Counted from the first letter of the stretch, positions 1 to 10,012 are shown. The stretch is DNA of 52,385 nucleotides from Candidatus Doudnabacteria bacterium (GCA_038203095.1 JBBREH010000003.1:1-52385), one strand, 5' to 3'. Translations and numbers: made by a program. Notes: generated from the sequence alone by a model not told the origin.

Positions 1-2
1 AT

Positions 3-116
3 ACCACGAATTCCCTAGACGGCAGTTTTGGTCAGTTAAAGAAATTACTAAATGTCCACAACGGATTGAAACAAGAACGCCGATGGAAACTAATACAGGA
101 AATCTTACGAAAGTAG
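3..116 (+). mobile_element. 3' end of a probable IS transposase (IS256/Mutator-like), truncated by the window edge
   Basis: Frame 3 reads (N)TTNSLDGSFGQLKKLLNVHNGLKQERRWKLIQEILRK*, resembling the TTNxLDG...HxGL C-terminal tail of such transposases; only 38 codons visible. Confidence 0.5.
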
Positions 117-137
117 CCTCACGAATTTACCATTAAA

Positions 138-172
138 CCAAAAACTCCGATCCAAATGGATCGGAGTTTTGT
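138..172. terminator. Bidirectional intrinsic terminator
   Basis: Hairpin aaaactccgatcc-aaat-ggatcggagtttt between convergent genes. Confidence 0.75.
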
Positions 173-204
173 TTGGCTAACAGCTAATTACTATTACATA
201 TAAG

Positions 205-2670
205 CTAAATTATTGTTGCGCTTGCTACCTTATCGCCTTCATCTAAACGCATCACGCGCACACCTTGTGTCGCCCGTCCAAGTGTAGAGACGTCATTTAG
301 CGGGGTACGAATGGTTTGGCCCATTTTGGAGATTATTACCAGGTCGTGTTCTTCGGCGTTGTTTAAAATGTACATCGCCACAATTTTGCCGGTTTTGGGT
401 GTGACTTTTAAAGTTTTAATACCGCTACCACCCCGGTTTTGAACTTTGTAGTATTGGCCTTCGGTTTTTTTACCCAGACCATTTTCCGTAATCACCAAAA
501 CTTCCAAAGCTTTAATATCCACACTTTTACGGATAATATCCATGCTAATTATTTTGTCTTCCTTTTTCAGCCGCATTCCGGTAACTCCGCTGGCGTTCCT
601 GCCCATTGGGCGCACATCTTTTTCGCTAAATCTTATTGCTTGGCCATTTTCCGTGGAAAGCATTACCTGGTCTTCCCCGCCGGAGGTTTCCACCCATTTT
701 AGCTCGTCATCGCCTTTTAAATTTATAGCAATCATTCCGCTCTTGCGGACTTTGGTGAATTCTTCGCGCGCAACTTTTTTAATTAAGCCTTTTTTTGTCG
801 ACATAACTAAGAATTTGGCGGCGTCTTTTTTTGAAAAGGTCAACACGGCTTGCGCGGTTTCGTTGTTTTGAAGCTGAAGAAAGTTTACCAAGGCTTGGCC
901 TTTGGAAGTGCGCGAGCCTTCCGGCAGTTCGTAAACTTTGGTTTGAAACACCCGGCCTTTATTGGTAAAAAATAAAATATCGTCATGGGTGTTGCTGGAT
1001 ATCATTTTGTCAACGACATCCTCCTCTTTAAGACTTTGGCCAATAACGCCCTTGCCACCACGCGCCTGGGCTTTGTAAGTGTCGGGCGCCAGACGTTTTA
1101 CGTAGCCGCTTTTGGTGACGGTAATTATTACATCCCCTTCAGGAATTAAATCCTCAGCACTAAAAGTGCCAATAGCGTTTTTTACTACAACAGTTCTGCG
1201 TTCGTCGCCAAATTTTTCTTTAAGTTCAATAACTTCCTTTTTAATTATAGAAAGGATTTTTTTTGCAGATTGTAAAATACCTTCCAACTCTTCTATTAAA
1301 ATTTTCTTTTCTTTTAATTCGTCGTCAATTTTTTTGCGTTCCAGACCGGCTAAAGTTTGCAAACGCATTTCCAAAATCGCATCGGTCTGGATGTCAGTCA
1401 GTTTAAACTTCTTCATTAAATTGACTTTGGCCTCTTCTTTGGTGGGCGATTTTCGGATAATAGCAATAACTTCGTCTATGTGATCCAGCGCCTTCTTTAA
1501 GCCTTCTAAAATGTGAGCGCGTTCTTTGGCTTTTTTAAGTTCAAAAGCTGTGCGGCGCTTAACCACAATTTGTCGGTGCTCTAAAAATTTTTCCAAAACA
1601 GTTTTTAAATTTAAAACATGGGGTTCAATGCCACCCACCAAAGCCAGCATGTTTAAATGAAAAGTCTCTTGTAGTTGAGTGTAGGAGAAAAGTTGGTTTA
1701 AGATTTTGTTTGGCAAGCCGTCTTTTTTTATGTCGACGACAATCCGTACGCCGTCTTTGTCGCTCTCGTCGCGCACGTCTTTAATGCCTTCAATTTTTTT
1801 CTCGCTAACTAAAGCCGCAATTTTTTCCAGTAAGGTAGCTTTGTTAACGCGGTAAGGAATTTCGTGAATTAAAATTTGAAAAGCACCACTCTTGGTTTCC
1901 GTAATTTCGGTTTTACCACGCATGACAATACCTCCTTTGCCTGTGGCATAGGCGTTTTTTATGGCGGCTATATCGTAAATGGTTCCGCCGGTCGGGAAGT
2001 CGGGACCTTTAACAAATTCCATTAAGTCTTCCGTTGTGGCTTCAGGGTCGTCAATTAATTTAACAATCGCGTCGCAAATTTCACTTAAATTGTGTGGAGG
2101 AATATCCGTAGCCATACCCACGGCAATACCCAGGGTGCCGTTGAGTAACAGGTTGGGTACTTTACCGGGCAACACCACCGGCTCTTTCCTGGTGGCATCG
2201 TAGTTGTCGCGCCAATCCACGGTTTCTTTATCAAGGTCGGTTAAAAGTTCTTCTGCCAAGGCCGACATACGTGCTTCGGTATATCTCATGGCCGCGGCGC
2301 CATCGCCGTCCATTGAGCCAAAGTTTCCCTGACCATCAATGAGCGGATAGCGCATCGCAAATAGTTGCGCCATATGCACCATGGCGTCGTACACTGAGGC
2401 GTCGCCGTGCGGGTGGTATTTGCCCAGCACATCACCCACAACGGCCGCTGACTTGCGGAATTTGACGTTGTGGCGCAGACCCAGTTCGTGCATGACATAC
2501 AAAATGCGGCGGTGAACCGGTTTCAGTCCGTCTCTAACGTCGGGCAGGGCGCGGGAAATAATTACGCTCATAGCGTAATCTAAATACGACTCCTGCATTT
2601 CCGTGGTAATTTCACGGGATTTGATAGTGCCAATGTCGGTAGATAATTCTGCTTTAGAATCTTTGGGCAT
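205..2670 (-). CDS. gyrA: DNA gyrase subunit A
   Basis: [29 protein letters not shown] active site, GyrA-box QARGGKG and C-terminal beta-pinwheel repeats (GRxAxGV). Confidence 0.97.
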   Translation of the reverse strand: MPKDSKAELSTDIGTIKSREITTEMQESYLDYAMSVIISRALPDVRDGLKPVHRRILYVMHELGLRHNVKFRKSAAVVGDVLGKYHPHGDASVYDAMVHMAQLFAMRYPLIDGQGNFGSMDGDGAAAMRYTEARMSALAEELLTDLDKETVDWRDNYDATRKEPVVLPGKVPNLLLNGTLGIAVGMATDIPPHNLSEICDAIVKLIDDPEATTEDLMEFVKGPDFPTGGTIYDIAAIKNAYATGKGGIVMRGKTEITETKSGAFQILIHEIPYRVNKATLLEKIAALVSEKKIEGIKDVRDESDKDGVRIVVDIKKDGLPNKILNQLFSYTQLQETFHLNMLALVGGIEPHVLNLKTVLEKFLEHRQIVVKRRTAFELKKAKERAHILEGLKKALDHIDEVIAIIRKSPTKEEAKVNLMKKFKLTDIQTDAILEMRLQTLAGLERKKIDDELKEKKILIEELEGILQSAKKILSIIKKEVIELKEKFGDERRTVVVKNAIGTFSAEDLIPEGDVIITVTKSGYVKRLAPDTYKAQARGGKGVIGQSLKEEDVVDKMISSNTHDDILFFTNKGRVFQTKVYELPEGSRTSKGQALVNFLQLQNNETAQAVLTFSKKDAAKFLVMSTKKGLIKKVAREEFTKVRKSGMIAINLKGDDELKWVETSGGEDQVMLSTENGQAIRFSEKDVRPMGRNASGVTGMRLKKEDKIISMDIIRKSVDIKALEVLVITENGLGKKTEGQYYKVQNRGGSGIKTLKVTPKTGKIVAMYILNNAEEHDLVIISKMGQTIRTPLNDVSTLGRATQGVRVMRLDEGDKVASATII

Positions 2671-2833
2671 GAGTTATAAAAGTTTTTTAATTGAGAATAA
2701 TACTTTCTGAGTTTTTTCGATCCAAATTGATAATCGAAAATTATTTGCATTTACGTCGGGTGTCAAATGTTGAGTCAGTAGATTCGTGATCGATAAAAAA
2801 ATTTCTTCAGAAAAATTTTTTAAACGTGTAATT

Positions 2834-3100
2834 TTAGTGAATGTTTAATTTGTTGGGGATGGTAACGCCTTGTTTGTTAAGATCTTCTTGGTAACTTTGC
2901 TGTTCGGAATTAAATTTTTTATGCATGTTCGCAAAAATATTGGTTAGGCTGCCGTAGCGGTTGTTGATTTTGACGGAAATAATCCAAATTAAAATCAGTG
3001 CAATGGTAATTAAACCAGCCAGAGTCCAGATTATCTTAAGTTTCACCGCTTGGGGTTTTTGTCTGATGTTGTCTATAAAGTTCATAAAATTTTCTACCAA
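2834..3100 (-). CDS. Small single-pass membrane protein, hypothetical
   Basis: 88 aa, one hydrophobic segment IIWTLAGLITIALILIWIISV, co-oriented with neighbours. Confidence 0.6.
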   Translation of the reverse strand: MVENFMNFIDNIRQKPQAVKLKIIWTLAGLITIALILIWIISVKINNRYGSLTNIFANMHKKFNSEQQSYQEDLNKQGVTIPNKLNIH

Positions 3101-3160
3101 ATACTAAAAATATGAAATTACTCTATCAAAGTTTTAGTAATCTTTAGTATTTAGTAGAGG

Positions 3161-3787
3161 CTACCTCAATGGCTCCAAGATAACTAGCTTTGTCCCCTCT
3201 TCCTGTAATTCCTTTTTTTTGATGGTAAGTTTTTCCATTTCTTCCTTTTTACCACCCATTTCTTTAGTAAATTTTTCCAAACTGTCCAAATCTAAAATTA
3301 AATCTGACATCTTGTAATGGGAAGGGATAACAATCTTCGGTTCAATTTCATTGACCGCTTTGCTTGCCACAGAGGCTGACATTACAGTATTGCCACCAAC
3401 GGGTAAAATTAAAATGTCTATATCTCCCAAGCTTTCCAGTTCATCTTCCTTCATATTAAACTCTTTAATATGGGTAAGGTTTAAAATTTTAATATCCTCA
3501 CTTTCAATTAAAAAAACGGTTACGTAGGCGCCTTCTTGTTTTAATGGCACGCCTGTAACAGTAACGCCTTTAACATCGTATTCGCCGGGATCAGTAATGT
3601 CAAAATGCTCGCCGGAAATTCCGGACATGGCCGAGTAGAGCGTTTTGTCTTTTTGAGCCAAAATTAACACATCGGCTACTCCGCGAGGCGGTGTTAGGCC
3701 GCTGTCCTTATGGAAAGGGTCGGTTATAATTGTGGCTTCTTTGGTGGTGATTTTAAAGGAAGATAAACCGAAATATTGAATTTGCAT
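3161..3787 (-). CDS. Metallo-beta-lactamase-fold protein (Lactamase_B_3-like), metal motifs degenerate
   Basis: MQIQYFGLSSFKI, IITDPF, PGEYDVKGV, DILILPVGG, IVIPSHY. Confidence 0.8.
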   Translation of the reverse strand: MQIQYFGLSSFKITTKEATIITDPFHKDSGLTPPRGVADVLILAQKDKTLYSAMSGISGEHFDITDPGEYDVKGVTVTGVPLKQEGAYVTVFLIESEDIKILNLTHIKEFNMKEDELESLGDIDILILPVGGNTVMSASVASKAVNEIEPKIVIPSHYKMSDLILDLDSLEKFTKEMGGKKEEMEKLTIKKKELQEEGTKLVILEPLR

Positions 3788-3892
3788 ATAAACAAATTAT
3801 AGCGGATTTTAATCAAAAAGGGAAGCCGTTTTAGGCAAAAATCAATTATAAATTGCCAATTAAATAAGCCATTTTCTATTTCTAACTAGGTC

Positions 3893-3921
3893 TTGCCAAA
3901 AGCTCTAAAATCAGCTATGAT
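3893..3921 (+). promoter_or_regulatory. sigma70-type promoter of rpsA
   Basis: TTGCCA-N17-TATGAT about 180 nt upstream of the ATG. Confidence 0.55.
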
Positions 3922-4099
3922 TTTAATGCTTATTTGCGTATGTGTTGCGGAATGAATTTTAATTTTTAATCCCAAATAAGCCTTGAGATTGCAACACTTT
4001 TAACAATTAACCAATGGAATACGTATCTTAAAATTGATTCAACGATTAAGGTCGTTGATTTTTTATTAAATCGTTATTTGGTTACGGAAAAATAATTTT

Positions 4100-5299
4100 A
4101 TGTCAGAAGAAGCAAAACAGGTAGCTATCCCGCCCGCAGCGGCCAGCGCTCAAACCATGAGCGATTTGGTTAACAGCGGCATTGAAATAAAAGTGCTAAA
4201 AGTTGGTGATATGGTAGAAGGCACGCTTATTAGCGTGGGCAAAAACGAAGTTTACGTGGATTTAGAAGGTTATGGTGTAGGTGTTGTTCGTGGCCGTGAG
4301 CTTTACGACGACCAGGCCACTTTGGCCGCGCTTAAGCCAGGTGACAAAATTTTTGTCTCTGTAGTGGAAGGCGAAAACAAAGAAGGCATTGTGGAATTGT
4401 CATTAAGGCAGGCCGGACAAGAACGTGTTTGGCAGACCTTAAAAGAAAAATTAGAAAGCAAAGAAGTTGTCCGCACCAAAATTTTGGAAGCCAACAAAGG
4501 TGGGCTTATGGTGGAAATCAACAACGTTATGGGATTTTTGCCAGTTTCCCAATTGTCGCTTGAGCACTATCCTCGCGTGGAAGATGGTGACAAAAACCGT
4601 ATTTTGGGAGTGCTTCAAAGCTATATTGGCACCTTATTTGATGTGCAAATTATTACTGCCGATTCTGCCGAAGAAAAACTGATTGTCAGCGAGAAAGCCG
4701 TGTTTGAAAAAGAAATGGAAAATCGTATGGGCGCGCTCAAAATTGGTTTGGTGGTGGAAGGTACAATTACCGGCGTAGTGGACTTTGGCGCGTTCGTTAA
4801 GTTCGGTGAGTTGGAAGGCTTAGTCCATATTAGTGAGCTGGCCTGGCAGAGAATTGAAAACCCTAAAGATATTGTAAAAGTCGGGCAAAAAGTTACGGCC
4901 AAGGTAATTTCTATAGACAAAGGCCGTGTATCATTGTCTATCAAGCAATTACAGGAAGATCCCTGGTTGGAAGCGGTAAAGAAGTACCAAATTGGCCAAA
5001 CAGTAAAAGGTAAGATCGCCAAAATTATGCCTTTTGGCGTGTTTGTGGAGCTGGATAAAGATATTCAAGGATTGGCCCATGTAATGGAACTTTCTCATGA
5101 AACCATAAAAAACGCGGACGAAGTTGTAAAGCCTGGTGAAGAAAAAGAATTTAAAATTATTTCCATTGAACCGGCCGACCACCGTTTGGGTTTGTCGCTT
5201 AAAGCCATGACCGAAGCTCCAAAAAAGGTAGCTCCGGAAGCTAAGCCTGCCGAAGAAGCCAAGCCGGAAGAAGTTAAAAAAGATGAAGTCGCGCAGTAA
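4100..5299 (+). CDS. rpsA: 30S ribosomal protein S1 (four S1 domains)
   Basis: Repeated S1 motifs (VEGTITGVVDFGAFV, EGLVHISEL, GLAHVMEL). Confidence 0.92.
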   Translation: MSEEAKQVAIPPAAASAQTMSDLVNSGIEIKVLKVGDMVEGTLISVGKNEVYVDLEGYGVGVVRGRELYDDQATLAALKPGDKIFVSVVEGENKEGIVELSLRQAGQERVWQTLKEKLESKEVVRTKILEANKGGLMVEINNVMGFLPVSQLSLEHYPRVEDGDKNRILGVLQSYIGTLFDVQIITADSAEEKLIVSEKAVFEKEMENRMGALKIGLVVEGTITGVVDFGAFVKFGELEGLVHISELAWQRIENPKDIVKVGQKVTAKVISIDKGRVSLSIKQLQEDPWLEAVKKYQIGQTVKGKIAKIMPFGVFVELDKDIQGLAHVMELSHETIKNADEVVKPGEEKEFKIISIEPADHRLGLSLKAMTEAPKKVAPEAKPAEEAKPEEVKKDEVAQ

Positions 5300-5310
5300 T
5301 ATAGTTTTAT

Positions 5311-5350
5311 AAAAAACTCCTTCGCCTTGAACTAAGGCGAAGGAGTTTTT
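5311..5350. terminator. Bidirectional intrinsic terminator
   Basis: aaaaactccttcgcctt-gaact-aaggcgaaggagttttt. Confidence 0.85.
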
Positions 5351-5405
5351 AATTTTCCCTCTTGCCCCTATTGTAGCAAATTTCCGGATATCTGCTAATA
5401 AGTTA

Positions 5406-6164
5406 TTATCCTTCTCCCGGCTTGCCTTCCGAGGACTTCTCCCAAAGCAGTTGGTGGAAGACCGTCATCGTCTGCATAAATTCCTGGCTTTCAATGAGTA
5501 TGCCAAAACTCTCATGTTTAGTGCTAAACAATCCAACCTCACCAGTATCATAAATTCCTATCGCCATGGGTATAGTAATGCCTTTAGGAGCAAATCTTAA
5601 TTGCCGCAGGTATTTTGTGCCCTGGGCTGAATATGGATATGCCACGTCTTTGTCGCGGAAACGGATGGTTTTAATAAACACGCCTTTTTGAATTCTTTGC
5701 CGGTCAATCTCGCCCATAAATTTAGGCCCGCCAATCATATCCAAAATATCCCTACCGGTCCAAATATATAAAGCCTGCCTTTGGCAACGCAATTCTTCCC
5801 GCACTATGTTTTTCACCTGTTCCGGTCTCTCAAAATATTCAATTTTTGGTTTTTTAATCGAAGCATTAAACAGTCCCATAAATTCCGGCAACAACTCTTG
5901 TACCGCTTCCAGGTTTTGTTTTTGTAAATCCAGCAGGCGGGATGGGGGCAGGGCTTTATAATACATACGATTGCGGATTTTAGCCTGTGAAATTAATCCC
6001 TTGTTGACTAGTTGGCCGATAAAATTGTATACGGAAGTTCTTTTAACTTGGGCTTTGTCGGCAATCGGTTTAATTGTGCTTAAGCCCAATTCTAAAATAG
6101 CCATATAGGTTTTGGCTTCTTTCTCGTTTAAACCCAAATTGTTTAAAAATTCTTCTTTTTCCAT
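5406..6164 (-). CDS. TrmB-family transcriptional regulator (paralog 1)
   Basis: LGLNEKEAKTYMAILELG...RTSVYNFIGQLVNKGLI wHTH plus PKIEYFE C-terminal domain. Confidence 0.85.
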   Translation of the reverse strand: MEKEEFLNNLGLNEKEAKTYMAILELGLSTIKPIADKAQVKRTSVYNFIGQLVNKGLISQAKIRNRMYYKALPPSRLLDLQKQNLEAVQELLPEFMGLFNASIKKPKIEYFERPEQVKNIVREELRCQRQALYIWTGRDILDMIGGPKFMGEIDRQRIQKGVFIKTIRFRDKDVAYPYSAQGTKYLRQLRFAPKGITIPMAIGIYDTGEVGLFSTKHESFGILIESQEFMQTMTVFHQLLWEKSSEGKPGEG

Positions 6165-6172
6165 ATAATTAG

Positions 6173-6228
6173 CGTCTAAAATATAGACGATTTAACTATA
6201 TTTTATGCGTTTGTTCAATATTAGTCAA
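6173..6228 (-). promoter_or_regulatory. Promoter and palindromic operator of TrmB paralog 1
   Basis: TTGACT(6228-6223)-N17-TAAAAT(6205-6200); palindrome cgtcta-aaata-tagacg 6173-6189. Confidence 0.6.
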
Positions 6229-6332
6229 TATTTTGAACGTATTTAAGTTTGCCCTGTAGTCAAAATTTTTAAATTAAGTTATGATATTTTGTCCATGATG
6301 GACAAATTTTGAAAGAGGAAAAGAGGAAAGGT

Positions 6333-6698
6333 ATGAAAAAATCTGATCGAGATGCTGAATTACTGTGGTGGTTTGTTTTACTGATAGCTATTCGACATAA
6401 ATATTCGGAAGAAGATATCAGAGAAGCGTGGCTGAGTCTGAGTCCTAGAAGGGCCAAGGTTTTGGGGCCGCGGCTGGGACTAGGAGGGCCCGAGGCGATT
6501 GAGTGCTGTGCGGGAGTGTCGTGCCATCTCATTCGGTCAACTCAAAACCGAGCGATTAACGACCTTGTCCGCTTGTTACAACAACGAGACGAGGGGGGCT
6601 CGTCGTTGTCTGAAATCAGAGAATTGGTGAGTAGGACCTTAAACAAAATAAATCAGGTTGATCCCAAAGCCATTCGCTCCCTTATTCGGCACCTCTAG
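6333..6698 (+). CDS. Hypothetical protein with sigma70 region-4-like HTH
   Basis: SD GAGGAAAGG before ATG 6333; LSPRRAKVLGPRLGL...GVSCHLIRSTQNRAINDL resembles the sigma region 4 pattern. Confidence 0.55.
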   Translation: MKKSDRDAELLWWFVLLIAIRHKYSEEDIREAWLSLSPRRAKVLGPRLGLGGPEAIECCAGVSCHLIRSTQNRAINDLVRLLQQRDEGGSSLSEIRELVSRTLNKINQVDPKAIRSLIRHL

Positions 6699-6857
6699 GG
6701 AAAGTAAACCCCTAACCGACAGTGTGATCTTAAGAGCCGCCGATTAGTTTCACAACGAAAAGCGGCTTTTTTATTTAACGAAAAAACTGTCCCAGGGAAA
6801 CCCAAGGACAGTCTATTCTTGCCAATCTTTTAATTCTTTTAAATCTTGTCAATCTAC

Positions 6858-8243
6858 CTACCATCCAAACATCTTCCCCACTTCTTCGGAAGATTCACGT
6901 TTGCGCGCGATTTTAATTTCTCCGTTTTGGGCAATTAATTTTGCCGGGGAAGACAAAAGACAATGATGCGAAGCTAAGGAGTCTTGGTAAGCTCCAGTGT
7001 CTAGCAGGGCTATATAAAGCTCGTCACAATCTTCCAGGCGAGGTAGTAAAATGTATCCCCCGCCATTAGTATATTTGTCATCGCTGTCGCATGAGGATCC
7101 GGCTAACCAAACTTTTTGAAGTTTGCGGGTATTCATATTGTTTACCGGAATAACGTGCCATTTCTGATGAATTGCCCATGTGTCTATAAGGTCATTCATA
7201 AAACTGCCGTCAATGACATACCATTTGTTGTTGCCTTTATTGTCAACGGTCTTTTCGGCCAAAATTTTATAAATTGTGATTTGTGCGGGCGCCGCCACAT
7301 ACCTACCCCATTCAACAATTAAATTTGGATGCCTAATGCCCAAACGGTCGCATTGAATTTTAGCGGCTTTTACTATTTGGCTAATTAAGCTTTTCGCTGA
7401 ATATACCGACTGTTTTTTTTCATAAGGCACAGCCGCTCCCCCTCCAATGTCAAGGGTATCAAGGCCCGGATTTTTTGCTTTGAGTTGAGCGTAAATTTCC
7501 AAGGCCCGTTTTAACGGAGTTACCAATCCGTTAACATTTTCAATTTGGCTGGAAATATGATAATGCAGAACTGAAAGATTTCTAATTTTGCCCAGTTTTA
7601 ACAATTCACTTTCAGTAAATCCGTAGCGGTTATATTTTTTATCCCAGTGGCTTTTTATTTTAACATCCAAATTTACCCTAACCCCTACCTCACCTTTAAA
7701 CTTACTCATTCTTTCCAGTTCAACATAATCTTCAATTATAGGCACTACGCTTAATCCTTTAGCTTTAAGCTCCTCAATTAGTTCAATATATTTGGGAGTT
7801 TTTGGTCCGTTGCATATAACCCGTATTTTGGCGTTAAACTTGTCCTGTTCTATCATTCTTTTTACCAAAAACAGTTCGTTGGCGGAGGCTACATCCAGGT
7901 TGGCGCCTTCCGCGATGGCAGGAAGGACGAATTCTTTGTTCTGATTGACCTTCATCGCGTAATGGTAGTAAAATTTGCCTTTATAGCCTAAAACTTTTAT
8001 GTATGCGTTGAAAGTTTCAATTAAATCGCGGACTCGGTTTTCAATAATGGTTGGGAAAACAATTTCGGTGGAAGTGCCATATTTTTTAACTATATCAAAA
8101 ATATTGTATTGATAGTTGCCTTCACGGACAATTAATTCGCCGTCGGGCCCAATATCAAAATTTTGGGTGTTAAACTCTTCCATGCCCAAACGCCAGAATT
8201 TGCGGAAGCCGTTTTTCTTTTTTGATGCCGATTTGGTTGTCAT
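6858..8243 (-). CDS. Fold-type III PLP-dependent basic amino acid decarboxylase, arginine-decarboxylase-like
   Basis: YAMKVN (PLP Lys), HYHISSQI, DIGGG, EWGRY, CDSDD, GAYQ motifs. Confidence 0.8.
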   Translation of the reverse strand: MTTKSASKKKNGFRKFWRLGMEEFNTQNFDIGPDGELIVREGNYQYNIFDIVKKYGTSTEIVFPTIIENRVRDLIETFNAYIKVLGYKGKFYYHYAMKVNQNKEFVLPAIAEGANLDVASANELFLVKRMIEQDKFNAKIRVICNGPKTPKYIELIEELKAKGLSVVPIIEDYVELERMSKFKGEVGVRVNLDVKIKSHWDKKYNRYGFTESELLKLGKIRNLSVLHYHISSQIENVNGLVTPLKRALEIYAQLKAKNPGLDTLDIGGGAAVPYEKKQSVYSAKSLISQIVKAAKIQCDRLGIRHPNLIVEWGRYVAAPAQITIYKILAEKTVDNKGNNKWYVIDGSFMNDLIDTWAIHQKWHVIPVNNMNTRKLQKVWLAGSSCDSDDKYTNGGGYILLPRLEDCDELYIALLDTGAYQDSLASHHCLLSSPAKLIAQNGEIKIARKRESSEEVGKMFGW

Positions 8244-8537
8244 TATTTTAGGTTAATTGATAAAGTTTTAACCGTTTATATTATCGTTAATTATGCTTTT
8301 TGTCAACGCTCTCAAGAATGCCTGCATACCAAATAAAAAAACAAATTCTATTGAATTTGTTTACGCTGAATTAAGCCATTGAATTGACTATTTTGATTTT
8401 GTGCGAAGAAGTTTGAGTTTTGTCTTTTGTCCAACTCCCAAATAGATTAATTAAAATAAATTTACACCCAAGCAAATAGTTTGTCAAATCTTGATTTTGT
8501 CATGAATTTCAAGTAAAATATAAAGGCTATTTTATAT

Positions 8538-8614
8538 GGCGCAGTGGTGAAGTAGTCTAACACTGCGGTCTGCAAAACCGCTATTCGTGGGTGCAAATCC
8601 CACCTGCGCCTCCA
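8538..8614 (+). tRNA. tRNA-Cys(GCA)
   Basis: Cloverleaf; anticodon arm gcggt-ctGCAaa-accgc; CCA end; promoter TTGATT-N17-TAAAAT upstream. Confidence 0.93.
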
Positions 8615-8748
8615 CTTCTTCGCTAAGCTACTAAGTGCAAGCAGGCATTAGTAAAAGTCGAGATAGCATATTATAAAAACATAAAGTATAACGTGAAGAA
8701 GTTCCCGACTAAGCTTTGGTGAAGTCGGACAGGTCTCAAATTACACAA

Positions 8749-8835
8749 GCCGGTGTGGCGGAACTGGCATACGCTACTGACTTAAGATCAGTCGCCCGTA
8801 AGGGATTGTGGGTTCAACTCCCACCACCGGCACCA
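8749..8835 (+). tRNA. tRNA-Leu(TAA)
   Basis: Anticodon arm actga-ctTAAga-tcagt, long variable arm, CCA end; no intron. Confidence 0.95.
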
Positions 8836-8919
8836 CTTTATAGCCCGCTTTAGGCTAACTATAAAGTGCAGGCTTTAAATATAAAAAATTCCTCCCTTTT
8901 AGGGGAGGAATTTTTGTAA

Positions 8920-9621
8920 TTAGTTTGCAACTTCGGAAAAGGTTCCAATAGTGCTGGCAATTTGGGATTGCTGCAAGGCCAGGCCCTGCCTTTCAATTTC
9001 GGCATTCAGGCTTAATTCCATCAACTCATCGTATTTTCTTTGAGCGCCAGAGACCCAAGCAAGACTCCCGGGTTGGACGTAAACACCTCTCATTTTTTTG
9101 AAAGTATCAAACTTTTCCTTATACATTGGCTTTTCTAACAAGTCGGTTAAGTCGGTAAACCAATCTAGCTTTGTGGCATATTTGCGCCAGGTTGGAGTGC
9201 CTGGTGCGCCGCCTATACCGCTACAGTTATTATTAGCACAGTATTTGCCCATATGGCTTTCAACGTAGCTAATGGCCAAGGCTCTTTGCCATTGAGGCAA
9301 CTTAACCATTTCCGGTGCGTATTCCCCTAAAGGTGAATTGTTATCAGCCAAGTATTGTTTAAGCTTGATAACTAGCGGATCATTTTCCGCCAACGTGTCT
9401 ATAGTTAATATATTTTGGTTGTTATTTAATTTTGGGGTTAGAACCTCTAAATTAGGGTTCTCGACTTTGATTTCAAAAACTTGGTTCTGCGTACCTGAAG
9501 TCTTTAACTCGGCAGCTAGCGCGTGAGCCGGTACAAGTACCGGCAAAAGCGAGATTAAGGCCAATATGCCGAAATGAGAGCCTTTATCTATAGAAGACTT
9601 AAGGGTAGTAAGAGCTTTCAT
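8920..9621 (-). CDS. Secreted protein with a lysozyme-like / GH73 glucosaminidase-like domain
   Basis: Signal-like N-terminus (ILALISLLPVLVPAHALA); ISYVESHMGK...NNNCSGIG pattern; SD AAGGAG. Confidence 0.55.
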   Translation of the reverse strand: MKALTTLKSSIDKGSHFGILALISLLPVLVPAHALAAELKTSGTQNQVFEIKVENPNLEVLTPKLNNNQNILTIDTLAENDPLVIKLKQYLADNNSPLGEYAPEMVKLPQWQRALAISYVESHMGKYCANNNCSGIGGAPGTPTWRKYATKLDWFTDLTDLLEKPMYKEKFDTFKKMRGVYVQPGSLAWVSGAQRKYDELMELSLNAEIERQGLALQQSQIASTIGTFSEVAN

Positions 9622-9880
9622 CTTTTAAATCAAACTCCTTTCTTCCCCTGTTCCGAATGAAGACGGAATAGTTTGGTTGTTAATGTTTCGACTGTTTGGA
9701 CCAGCACCGCTATTGGATGCTTCAGTCGTCTGATTTGGCTTATTGAAGCCATTTCAGGATAAAGGGCTAGGCCAACGCTTGGTTGGCTCCCCGACTTAAA
9801 TGTCGGGGTTAGCACAAAATAAAAAAGTGCTAAACCGCACTTTGTAATACCATTATACTCCCTTTTGACTCTTTTTTCAA
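9622..9880 (-). promoter_or_regulatory. Promoter plus long structured 5' leader
   Basis: TTGAAA(9880-9875)-N17-TATAAT(9857-9852) followed by about six hairpins before the SD. Confidence 0.5.
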
Positions 9881-10012
9881 GCCCTTTTTGTCATTTTATG
9901 GCTTATTTATAACCAAAAATATTTCTTTAGCTTTATTATAGGCTAAAAAAAGTGTTTTGTTTATGAGGGATTTTTTTGTAAGTTGTGGGAATTTTAACTC
10001 AACAACCAAACA

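Noticed and set aside
439-2498. Short ORFs antisense or out of frame within gyrA (and the many similar ones within rpsA, infB, recA, ftsK, aspA, ddl)
   Set aside because: Fully nested in confidently identified genes, with no recognisable motifs
2671-2833. ~55-codon open frame on the minus strand between gyrA and the 88-aa ORF
   Set aside because: No convincing start codon or SD; likely the gyrA promoter region
8615-8748. Short palindromes after tRNAs (cttcgctaagct..., ccgactaagctttggtgaagtcgg; also 19385-19412 and 37520-37561)
   Set aside because: They look like generic dispersed REP-like spacers; too degenerate here to define a family or function
9700-9840. Calling the leader a c-di-AMP (ydaO) riboswitch
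   Set aside because: Only the 5' half is loosely similar; the conserved CCCGAAxCCGUCAGCUAACCUCG 3' block is missing. Kept only as an unnamed structured leader
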